Assembly (NCBI GenBank): GCA_048882045.1
Contig: JBHLRZ010000005.1
Location: forward strand, 65,223 to 119,172
Length of the DNA: 53,950 nucleotides
Source of the DNA: Candidatus Thorarchaeota archaeon
GTDB taxonomy: Archaea > Asgardarchaeota > Thorarchaeia > Thorarchaeales > Thorarchaeaceae
Direction: 5' to 3'
The notes under the pieces are model-generated. The model was given only the letters and a program-made list of their open reading frames with translations. It did not search any database and had not been told where the DNA came from. The position numbers were made by a program, and so were the translations under genes. Shown here piece by piece: positions 9,586-18,072 of this stretch. Positions within the stretch are counted from its first letter, which is position 1. Each line of letters opens with the position of its first letter.

Positions 9586-9604
9586 TTTCTCACGATATGA
9601 GAAA
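9586..9604. promoter_or_regulatory. Perfect inverted repeat TTTCTCA-N5-TGAGAAA, candidate operator or 5' hairpin upstream of uvrA
   Basis: 7-5-7 palindrome between a TATA-like GTATATAC (~9629-9636) and the leader hairpin. Confidence 0.5.
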
Positions 9605-9674
9605 GTAGTTAGGATTCGTGTTTGGATTGTATATACATTCTATGGTCTCAGTAGGAAGTTGTTAATCAATAAGG

Positions 9675-10961
9675 TCATTCGTTCTTCTTTCTGATTATTA
9701 AAAATGCAATCGTAGTCGCAAGTACTGCTACTCCAGTCACACTAACAAATACAATTGACATATCGACTCCTTGAGGAAGATACTCATCCAGACCTATCGC
9801 AGGAATGATGACATATTCAACCAGAGAATCAGCTGGATAGAATGAACCGTCTGGTACATTTCCAGTTACAACTATTACCATATCCTCAGCTGGATACACA
9901 TAGAGAGCTTGCTCATAGTGTCCATGGGCGGAATATATTCCCAGCTCCGGCCAGACCCACCATTGGTATCCGAACATCTCATAACTGGGACTCCATGTCC
10001 ATCCTGTTTCAATTCTTGGGACTGTTGCCTCAACAACCCACTCTTCGGGCACCAGTTGTTCACCATCCCAAGTTCCATTGTTCAGCATGAGATATCCAAA
10101 TTTAGCAAAGTCACGGGGTGTCATATATAGACCACCATCTGTATGATACCACCCTCCGGCTTCTCCACCACGAATCTGAGCCCAGTATACATTATCAATA
10201 CCGAGAGATTGACCCAGATATTGGTCTGCAAACTCCAGAATAGATAAACCAGATTGCAACTCTATTATTCCTCCAAGGATTATCAGGGTTCCCGAATTGA
10301 CCCACCAAGACTCACCTGGATCATTCCACATAGGTCGGTCCAAACAATACTGAACAGCATCTTCGCTCACCCACATTTGACCTAGGTCATTCATCGGGTC
10401 GTCATAGGAGTAGTCGATTTCATGGAATTCCATACCATCTGTCCATGTGAGTAGGTGTTCAATTGTGATGTTCATCTTTCTGGAGTCCACGTTTTGGACT
10501 GTCCAACTGGAAAAGAAATCCATCATCTTGGAGTCAACGCTCTCAATAAATCCCTGTTCAATAGCTATTCCAACTAGTGTGGATGTAACGCATTTTGTAC
10601 ATGATTGAATCATATGGAGATCATTAGCTTCCCACCCTTCTCCATAGTACTCATAGACAAGGTAACCATCCCTTATCACCAACACTGAATCAATTGGATA
10701 ATTCATTTGGTCAATAGTTTGTTCAACTCTATCCAATTTCGATGAATTCATTCCGTGATTTTCCGGATAATCAACTTCCCAATCTTCTGTTGGCCAATAC
10801 GGTCTATCGATTGAAGATGTGAGATACATCTCTGTACTCTCTTCACAGGCAATTGGTTGTATTGGCGCAAGAGAAAGAATCAACATCATGAAAACGATAC
10901 ATAGTGACAGTGCAATATGTTTCGTAACAGCGCGGCGTGTCATTATCATCAAGACTATCAA
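9675..10961 (-). CDS. Secreted, membrane-anchored serine hydrolase of the beta-lactamase class C/EstB family
   Basis: SxxK motif (QSCTKCVTS), ITIEHLLTWTDG, GGLYMTPRDFAKFG and SAHGHYEQ. Signal peptide and C-terminal TM plus RKK. Confidence 0.9.
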   Translation of the reverse strand: MIVLMIMTRRAVTKHIALSLCIVFMMLILSLAPIQPIACEESTEMYLTSSIDRPYWPTEDWEVDYPENHGMNSSKLDRVEQTIDQMNYPIDSVLVIRDGYLVYEYYGEGWEANDLHMIQSCTKCVTSTLVGIAIEQGFIESVDSKMMDFFSSWTVQNVDSRKMNITIEHLLTWTDGMEFHEIDYSYDDPMNDLGQMWVSEDAVQYCLDRPMWNDPGESWWVNSGTLIILGGIIELQSGLSILEFADQYLGQSLGIDNVYWAQIRGGEAGGWYHTDGGLYMTPRDFAKFGYLMLNNGTWDGEQLVPEEWVVEATVPRIETGWTWSPSYEMFGYQWWVWPELGIYSAHGHYEQALYVYPAEDMVIVVTGNVPDGSFYPADSLVEYVIIPAIGLDEYLPQGVDMSIVFVSVTGVAVLATTIAFLIIRKKNE

Positions 10962-11104
10962 TTGTCTTGAGAATCATAAAAAACGTCATTTCTAAGCAGA
11001 AACCTCCTGATCGCTTTGTCCAATTTCGATGAACTGATTGAACAATTTCAGTAGGAATTGATTGACCCACACACTCATATATGATAACTATAGTTAATTA
11101 TTTG

Positions 11105-11389
11105 GTGGTTGCAATTTCAAAAGAGAAGTTCGTCCGAGACAAGCCTACCGTAAACATCGGTCTATATGCAGGTCTTTTCGGTTTTGTATTTGCCCTGGCA
11201 TCAGTACTGACTTACTTCTATCCCGATGCCATACTCCCTGCCTTCTATCTTTTGAATCCAGGAACAAGTTCACTAAGAGATTCCTCGGTACATACAAGTA
11301 GGATTCTGCTGAATGGTGTGGTCTATGGCTCGCTAACAGCTGTTGCTGGAGGTCTGGTGATGAAAGGTAAGAAGATCCTTCAGAATTAG
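11105..11389 (+). CDS. Small two-TM membrane protein with an EF-Tu-like N-terminal peptide
   Basis: ORF 11081-11389 with uncertain start (ATG 11081 or GTG 11105). SKEKFVRDKPTVNIG is followed by two hydrophobic helices. Confidence 0.6.
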   Translation: MVAISKEKFVRDKPTVNIGLYAGLFGFVFALASVLTYFYPDAILPAFYLLNPGTSSLRDSSVHTSRILLNGVVYGSLTAVAGGLVMKGKKILQN

Positions 11390-11398
11390 GTTTCGATT

Positions 11399-11560
11399 CT
11401 ATGGGTAATAGTAAGGTATTCCTGATAGTATTTGTGGAAGTATAATAAACATAAGAATGGAAACTGCTACGAACACAACCACTAGCACCACTACTATTAC
11501 TAGATTCTGACCTTCAAGTTTCATTCCTTCTCTAGGAGGTTCATCAAATGCGCCGCTCAA
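11399..11560 (-). CDS. Unannotated 53-aa single-TM membrane protein
   Basis: TTG start preceded by a GGGTGGT RBS. Translation MSGAFDEPPREGMKLEGQNLVIVVVLVVVFVAVSILMFIILPQILSGIPYYYP*. It is shorter than any ORF in the supplied track. Confidence 0.7.
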   Translation of the reverse strand: MSGAFDEPPREGMKLEGQNLVIVVVLVVVFVAVSILMFIILPQILSGIPYYYP

Positions 11561-11651
11561 TTATACCACCCTTTGCGTCCAATTGTCCTTATTGAAGTCT
11601 GGCCTATTACATCTTTCGAGTCTTGTATTAACACTAGAGATAAGGAGGTCA

Positions 11652-12905
11652 TTAGAGGAAGATACTATCTCCATAGAATCCAGTGCCGAAGAACACAGGC
11701 CCTCCCCACAATCCTATTCCGTCTCCGTCATCATCATACATGGGAGTTTCAGGCCAGCTGTCGTTGAGCACTGCGTACAAGTGAGCCTCGCGCATGGATA
11801 TCTTCCCGTCGTTATTGAAATCCGCCCATGCATCCCCGATACCTCCAGGTAATTTGGTTCCAATCAAAGCAGACATGAAGTGATAGACATACTCATCCCA
11901 TTGACCTTCTGTATCACATGCATAGGAGCTCTCGCCATCGTCACATGCTGTCATGATGACACGGTTTGAGGCACTGATAGCTTGGATAAACTGTCCTGAC
12001 CAGCACTGTTCCATTACAATTATCATATGATCACAAGTTATTGAATCCAACCAGCCTGCAACCTCTGTGGTATTCAGATACTGGTCACCACCATTGGGCC
12101 AGTAGGTCGTAAGTCCACTGGATCCTCCATGATTCGTTGTAAAGAAGAAGAACTTGTCATCTGCGGTCAACGTCTGATTGAGATTCTGAAAGACAGTTTC
12201 CATGGATGTCTGTGTAGCAGGATAGTCCACTGGTGTGTTTGTATCCTCTCCTACTCCATCCTTGTAGACGACATAGATATTGTCTGGAGGGTATCCGTTC
12301 AACAGCAGAATGAGGTACATGTAACTCAAATCATTCCAATATCGGAAGTATGCCTTATCAACTCTCCATCCTCCACTGTACAGAAGTGCGTACTTTTGTC
12401 CAATTGGCAATGTTTGTGTGAGATTAAGACCTTCCAAGACTGAGGAGTCGAGGAGTTTGTCCTCAAAGATTCCAGAAATCACAGTGGTTTCGAGAATCCT
12501 TTGTGACAGATATTTGACTTTGATATTTTCTTCTGAAAACGGATCGCATTCTGGATCCACTTCACATTCTACCTCGCGACATCGACCTAAAGGTTCCAAA
12601 TCTGGGACGAGATCTCCCAAAAATTCCAGCATGTTTCCAGATATCATTGAGTTATTAAGAAGCACAAAAGGATGATCAACAAGGACTAATCCCGATGGGC
12701 CTCTCACAATATACCCCTTAACTGTTACCTTTTTTCCAATATAGTCCGCAATGTTATTTGTCAGGTCTTCAACACTCATGGGAACCTCAGCAAGCGGAAC
12801 CATCGGCTGATACAATGTGAAGTAGTAGATTGTGCCTGCATTTGTCCCAAGGAGTACTAAGGCCAAAGCAATGAAGACTCTTCTATCTGCCATCTTCTCA
12901 ACCAC
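11652..12905 (-). CDS. Peptidase C13 (legumain/GPI8-like, caspase-hemoglobinase fold) with N-terminal membrane anchor and OB-fold-like segment
   Basis: Catalytic dyad TTNHGG and MEQCWSG, plus KYALLYSGG, RYWND and RVIMTAC. N-terminal TM followed by YIGKKVTVKGYI. Confidence 0.85.
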   Translation of the reverse strand: MVEKMADRRVFIALALVLLGTNAGTIYYFTLYQPMVPLAEVPMSVEDLTNNIADYIGKKVTVKGYIVRGPSGLVLVDHPFVLLNNSMISGNMLEFLGDLVPDLEPLGRCREVECEVDPECDPFSEENIKVKYLSQRILETTVISGIFEDKLLDSSVLEGLNLTQTLPIGQKYALLYSGGWRVDKAYFRYWNDLSYMYLILLLNGYPPDNIYVVYKDGVGEDTNTPVDYPATQTSMETVFQNLNQTLTADDKFFFFTTNHGGSSGLTTYWPNGGDQYLNTTEVAGWLDSITCDHMIIVMEQCWSGQFIQAISASNRVIMTACDDGESSYACDTEGQWDEYVYHFMSALIGTKLPGGIGDAWADFNNDGKISMREAHLYAVLNDSWPETPMYDDDGDGIGLWGGPVFFGTGFYGDSIFL

Positions 12906-13017
12906 TCAATCATTAACAATGAAGAGCTGACTGTTAAGCACCCTATAAGTCAAGTGAGAAATTCCTTCATTCTATAAGAGGAACCAACATAAGTAGGAAT
13001 GAGTTCAGAAGGGTACA

Positions 13018-13455
13018 ATGTTTGAAATCGAAACTGCTACATTCGATGACTTCGAGGAAATAAAGACTCTTCTCGACTCACTTGAAGTCCCTGCTGGAGA
13101 GATTGATCCGGATTTCACAAAATTCTTCGTTGTGCGGGATTCCTCCAAAAAGATTATCGCATGCATTGGTCTTGAACTATTCACAGGTACTGCACTGGCC
13201 ACATCTTTTGCAGTTGATCCTGATCACCGGGGCGATGGACTAGGTGCAAATCTTGTTGATTGGCTATTGGATGAGGCATTCAAATCGGGTTCTGAGGCTG
13301 TCTATCTTTGCACTGCCCAAGCTCCTGAGTTGTTTTTGAACATTGGATTTGTCGGAATAGATCTAGATGAGGTACCTGAGGAGATACGGAAATCCCAGGT
13401 GTTCAAGCATGACTGTCCATTTGTAGCTGCGTACATGAAGAAGAAGACCTACTAG
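13018..13455 (+). CDS. GNAT N-acetyltransferase (ArsN2/ArgA-like)
   Basis: IACIGLE, SFAVDPDHRGDGLG acetyl-CoA motif, and VPEEIRKSQVFKHDCP. Confidence 0.8.
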   Translation: MFEIETATFDDFEEIKTLLDSLEVPAGEIDPDFTKFFVVRDSSKKIIACIGLELFTGTALATSFAVDPDHRGDGLGANLVDWLLDEAFKSGSEAVYLCTAQAPELFLNIGFVGIDLDEVPEEIRKSQVFKHDCPFVAAYMKKKTY

Positions 13456-13548
13456 GAACACGCATTATGGCAAAGTCAATGATTGTTGACCTGTTAGTCA
13501 ATGAACGTAGGATTATATCCCCCCGTTCCATGCTTTATGTGACGAACA

Positions 13549-14007
13549 ATGACCTCTGACGAAGTGTTTGAAGCAATCTCGCATCCAATCAGAATTTCAA
13601 TACTGAAGGAACTTGCAAAAGATCCGATTAGGTTTGCTGACCTGAAGCGAGCACTGAAGATCAAGAGTAGCGGTCAACTGGACTTTCATCTCAAGAAGAT
13701 GGATGCAGTAATTACTACCGATAATGATGGACTGTACACACTAAATGAAAGAGGATTTGCAGCTCTTCGTGCTGTGAACATAGTTTCTAACTATGGATGG
13801 CAAAGGAGGTCGTGGATGATGAATATGTTAATGATGGCATTTCTCAACATCTACTTCTTTTTCTGGGCATTTGACCTCTATATCTTTGTAGCATTTCCGA
13901 CAATTGGTTGGGCAACCTTCTACTCGTACTGGACTTTTGTGAAAAGAAGAGTGCGCCTGAGAAATGATGGTGTTGGTGCTGGTGACGTGGAGGTGTCAGA
14001 CTTTTGA
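13549..14007 (+). CDS. ArsR-like winged-HTH regulator with two C-terminal transmembrane helices
   Basis: VFEAISHPIRISILKEL...SSGQLDFHLKKM...YTLNERG followed by two hydrophobic aromatic helices. Confidence 0.85.
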   Translation: MTSDEVFEAISHPIRISILKELAKDPIRFADLKRALKIKSSGQLDFHLKKMDAVITTDNDGLYTLNERGFAALRAVNIVSNYGWQRRSWMMNMLMMAFLNIYFFFWAFDLYIFVAFPTIGWATFYSYWTFVKRRVRLRNDGVGAGDVEVSDF

Positions 14008-14076
14008 TTATTAGCGTAGTTGTGAAGGATTATATTCCTTCCAAACTTGTTTTACCTGAGAGTGAGAGTGATTCGG

Positions 14077-14856
14077 ATGTCGGCTGTTAGTATTGAAAAT
14101 CTAGTGAAATCGTTTGGAAGTCTTGTTGCTGTCAATGACCTGACCTTGGATGTAAGAGAAGGAGAGATCTATGCTCTCCTAGGTCCCAATGGTGCAGGGA
14201 AGACAACAACGCTCAAGATGCTAATGGGACTTCTCGACCCAGACAGTGGACGAGCAAGAGTCTTCGGTGTAGATTCTCAGGAGAATCCAATCGAAGTAAA
14301 GAACCTAGTTGGTTACGTTCCCGAAGAACAACAGTTGTATGATTCATTAACTCCGAGGGAACTCTTTGATTTCATTGCTTCAATCCGTAAACTCCCCGAA
14401 GAAACGATGACCAAAAGAATGCGCGAATTTGTGAAGGCATTGGACTTCGAGCAATACTACGACAACATGATAGTCACTCTCAGCCAGGGAAATCGTCAGA
14501 AGACAATGCTGATTGCAGCCTTACTCCACAGACCCAGACTGTTGATTCTTGACGAACCATTCTCAAGCCTTGACGTACGATCTGCAAAGATCATGAAGGA
14601 CATCGTCAGAATTCATACAGAAAACGGAGGTTCTGTTCTCCTCAGTACTCACGTAATGGAAGTGGCAGAAGGACTCTGTGACCGTGTAGGAATTATTGAC
14701 GAGGGAGTGTTGGTTGCAGAAGGAACATTGGAGGAGCTCCGGAGACAATCACATGAAGAAGGAGCAACACTCGAGTCACTATTCCTTAAACTCACAGAAC
14801 AAGAGGAAGAGGTCGCTGAAGGAGTATCAGTGCTAAGGGGGGCCCTAGCAGATTGA
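14077..14856 (+). CDS. ABC transporter ATP-binding protein (CcmA/DrrA-type exporter)
   Basis: GPNGAGKTT, LSQGNRQK, LILDEPF and STH. ATG at 14077 preferred. Confidence 0.95.
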   Translation: MSAVSIENLVKSFGSLVAVNDLTLDVREGEIYALLGPNGAGKTTTLKMLMGLLDPDSGRARVFGVDSQENPIEVKNLVGYVPEEQQLYDSLTPRELFDFIASIRKLPEETMTKRMREFVKALDFEQYYDNMIVTLSQGNRQKTMLIAALLHRPRLLILDEPFSSLDVRSAKIMKDIVRIHTENGGSVLLSTHVMEVAEGLCDRVGIIDEGVLVAEGTLEELRRQSHEEGATLESLFLKLTEQEEEVAEGVSVLRGALAD

Positions 14857-16511
14857 AGCTCTCTGAGAGCTGGAAACTTGCAGGGATAATCTCTCAAGAG
14901 GTGCGATTCCAGGCTTTCTTGGAAGCTAATCCAGCTAATCTTGCCCGTGTGAAAGAGGATCCGTCTAGGATCTCTCGGGCAATAAAATCGCAGAGTAGGT
15001 TCAGCAATTTTTTCTCAGGAGTAATCATGCTAATGGTTGCTGTCCTCGCGCTAGCTGGGGCTGGCTTTGATACTGATTTGGGAACGGCTGAGTCAAGATT
15101 GGCAGTAGGTTTTGCTGTTTACCTAGCTCTTAGCTTTGTAGTCATCTTCTTCCTGAATCTGACAACTACAACTGGAATCTTCTCATCTGGTGCTATGAGA
15201 TTGCCATCTACGCTCCCTCTGACTAGGGCTGAGTTGGAGGATCTGAATTTCATGGCATTCGTTCGAGTGTTCATCGGACCAGTCTTGGGTTCTACGATTG
15301 TTTTTCCTGCAGGATGTTTGCTTGTTTTTGGTCCATTGGTAGCCCTTGTTGCAGTACTTGCGTGCGTATGCACATCGTTCATTGCGATTGGTGCACTCGT
15401 TAGAGTTTCAAAGTGGTTCCACAAAAAGACACACCAGACAGATGAATCGAAGCTGTCATCTGTTGTGCGAGTGATGGCTTCTGTTGGCGTTGTCATTGGG
15501 ATGGTCAGTGTATACAGTCTGGGAAGTTACATGCCAGACATGATCAGATTCATCACAGGGCTGTATGATCCTTCCAATCCAGCAATCTTCACGATTCTCG
15601 CCTTTATCTTTCCCTTTGCATACGGTTTTCTGGCCTCAGCGTCAATCTATGCTTCTTCTATGATTTCCACTTATGGGGTCACCATCATTTTGGTATCAGT
15701 TGCTGGCTCTATCTTATATTCAGTAGTTGCAGCGATGGCTTTCCGAAGTACTGGCAGATCGCTGAGAGCAGTTACATTGGGCGGTATCTCAAGTAGTTCC
15801 CCAGGCTTGCTACGTGAGGTTAAGGTAGAAACCGCAAGTCCGCTCATGGGAATGGTTCGAAAAGATATCAGACTAGCAACTCGTAACATTGGTTCAGCTT
15901 TCCTTTTTGCAATACCTGTCTTTCTAATCGTTGCTATCCTTCCAATGATCCAGAACTGGAAGGATGCGGCTGGTCTGCTTAGGAGCATGTCTTCTCTTGT
16001 AGCAGTTGAATACGCGAACCTGTTTGGTGGTATCTCTTTGGTGTCGATACTGATGTTCGATAGCCAGGGTGCCTCTATACACGAGGGTCTTCCTGTCAGC
16101 TCTAGGCTGGTCCTAAAGTCGAAGACCTTCATCATGATTGTTCCCTATGTTCTCAGTATGCTCGCCCTCACCTTAGTGATAATGTTGAACTCTCCAATAA
16201 CTCCACTACTTGGATTAATCCCAGTTGTTCAAATGCCAATGGGATATGCCGTGGGGATGGTCGTGGGTGGAGCAATCTTCAAAGTCCGCGGTGGTGGACG
16301 TGCTGTAGCTGTGAATGTCACATCAGACCAAGTTATGGGGCTCCTCTCAGCTTTCATCGGTTCTATAATTGGGATAGTACCTCTGCTAGGTTATGGTCTA
16401 GCTATGATGCTTACCGGGTCACAGGTCATCAGTCTCTCAACACAAGGTTTGATTGTCGTCTGTATGATAGCCGTTGCGAGAGTGTTTATTCCTCGACTGC
16501 TAAAGGACTAA
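14853..16511 (+). CDS. ABC-2-type exporter permease (about 12-14 TM)
   Basis: Multi-pass hydrophobic protein overlapping the ATPase stop by 4 nt, with a central MVRKDIRLATRN motif. Confidence 0.85.
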   Translation: MKLSESWKLAGIISQEVRFQAFLEANPANLARVKEDPSRISRAIKSQSRFSNFFSGVIMLMVAVLALAGAGFDTDLGTAESRLAVGFAVYLALSFVVIFFLNLTTTTGIFSSGAMRLPSTLPLTRAELEDLNFMAFVRVFIGPVLGSTIVFPAGCLLVFGPLVALVAVLACVCTSFIAIGALVRVSKWFHKKTHQTDESKLSSVVRVMASVGVVIGMVSVYSLGSYMPDMIRFITGLYDPSNPAIFTILAFIFPFAYGFLASASIYASSMISTYGVTIILVSVAGSILYSVVAAMAFRSTGRSLRAVTLGGISSSSPGLLREVKVETASPLMGMVRKDIRLATRNIGSAFLFAIPVFLIVAILPMIQNWKDAAGLLRSMSSLVAVEYANLFGGISLVSILMFDSQGASIHEGLPVSSRLVLKSKTFIMIVPYVLSMLALTLVIMLNSPITPLLGLIPVVQMPMGYAVGMVVGGAIFKVRGGGRAVAVNVTSDQVMGLLSAFIGSIIGIVPLLGYGLAMMLTGSQVISLSTQGLIVVCMIAVARVFIPRLLKD

Positions 16512-16600
16512 ATCGCCTCTTTGAAACAACCCACGTAACCTTACATAGCTACACTTGGTCTTAAAATAGACAAAAACGAAGTTACTTGGATGTGTAAGGT

Positions 16601-17845
16601 GTGTCCCATGACGACCTCTCAGAAAGAAGAAGGAATGTAATTCGGAGAATCCGCAGATTCTTTGTTGATCCTTCTGATTCTGTGACCTCTGAAGTTGTCA
16701 GGGTGAAAGCTAGACTTCTTTCCTTTGCTCTGCTTCTGATAGTCATTGTGTTTCCTGTTATCCAGCTGCTCTTGGGAATACTTATCGAGAACCTCGTAAT
16801 CTTTACACTCACTTGTTTGGCCTTCTTTCTAATCTATCTTCTAAGTCGAACAAGATTCGTTGTCTTTGCAGGTTGGATTATGATACTGACTCTTGCTGCG
16901 ATGCCATATTTCTTCCTACTAGTGGAATTCAATCAGGCTTCAATAAGGGTAGCTTTGAATATCATCATTTGGCCAGTAATCGCAGTTCTATTCGGAAGTC
17001 ATTGGTTGATGCCAAGGTCTATGGGTCTTCTAATTACAGGGGAAGCAATTGGTCTGATACTATATTGTGATATCAATCCTGCAATTGACATTGCTTTTGC
17101 CATAGAGCCAATTATTGATCAAACAGCCATCTCTTTGGTTGTTCTCTTCTTTACATGGGTGTTGAATTACTACATATCTGAGTTAGAAGAACACAAACAA
17201 TTCCTTGAACAACGCCAACGAGAACTTGAGGTCTACACTTCTGTGCTGACCCATGACCTAGGAAACGACATGCAGATTGTCAAAGGTCACATAGAGCTTC
17301 TCAATGAAAGGATGCAAGTACCCTCTAATATGGAATCTTATCTGTCGACAACACTCGCAGTAAGTGATAGAATGTCGAGCGTCATCAAACTATTTTCTGT
17401 TGTAGGAAGAACCAGTGAGTATGATTTCATTGATACGCTTCAAACGATGGCCAAGAATGCAAAGAAGGCACGTGGAGGAGCGAATGTAAAATTAATGTTT
17501 GACCCAATAGTAAGGTCTTCTGCTATAAGACCAGGAATCTTACTTCCACTTGTTCTTGAAAATTTAATTCGGAACACTGCAGACTACGCTGGAGATAATG
17601 CGATAGTCACTATTCGCCTGGGATTGGTTGAGAAAAACCTGCTAATCATGTACAGAGATGATGGTCCTGGAATTGATGACAACATAAAGCCTAAGATCTT
17701 TCACAAAGGTGTGACTACCAAAGGCGAAGGCAAGGGTCTCGGACTCTATCTCTCCAAAAGAATCATTGAATCCTATGGAGGTACAATCGAATTAATGGAC
17801 ACAAGCAGAGGAGCGGCATTTTTGATTTCTGTTCCAGTTCTTTGA
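16601..17845 (+). CDS. Membrane sensor histidine kinase (about 6 TM, HisKA, HATPase)
   Basis: H-box LTHDLGN, N-box ENLIRNT, DDGPGI and GKGLGLYLS. Confidence 0.9.
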   Translation: MSHDDLSERRRNVIRRIRRFFVDPSDSVTSEVVRVKARLLSFALLLIVIVFPVIQLLLGILIENLVIFTLTCLAFFLIYLLSRTRFVVFAGWIMILTLAAMPYFFLLVEFNQASIRVALNIIIWPVIAVLFGSHWLMPRSMGLLITGEAIGLILYCDINPAIDIAFAIEPIIDQTAISLVVLFFTWVLNYYISELEEHKQFLEQRQRELEVYTSVLTHDLGNDMQIVKGHIELLNERMQVPSNMESYLSTTLAVSDRMSSVIKLFSVVGRTSEYDFIDTLQTMAKNAKKARGGANVKLMFDPIVRSSAIRPGILLPLVLENLIRNTADYAGDNAIVTIRLGLVEKNLLIMYRDDGPGIDDNIKPKIFHKGVTTKGEGKGLGLYLSKRIIESYGGTIELMDTSRGAAFLISVPVL

Positions 17846-18072
17846 TTCGTCTAAGACACTGCTCCAGAAGAGTGAACCTTTGAGTCCTTGATCTGCAACG
17901 TTCTTGATCTCCTTGAGACTCTTCCACTCCAATGTTAACTTATCACCAAATCTAACATCTGTTTTGTCGTTTTAGTAGTCTGCCAATTGGAATATCGCTT
18001 TGAGTGATGACCGTCATCGACACTACTTTAAGCAGGTCATGTTCCGCGAATCTAACCAAATGAGGGTGCAAC

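Noticed and set aside
9504-9593. 30-aa N-terminal extension of UvrA in the ORF track (GTG 9593)
   Set aside because: UvrA homology starts at MREHISVKGAR (ATG 9503, with GGGAGG RBS). The extension coincides with the leader hairpin.
17793-17933. Possible ~46-aa minus-strand ORF (MEWKSLKEIK...) with GGTGA upstream
   Set aside because: It overlaps the 3' end of the histidine kinase and has no recognisable motif, so it cannot be supported.
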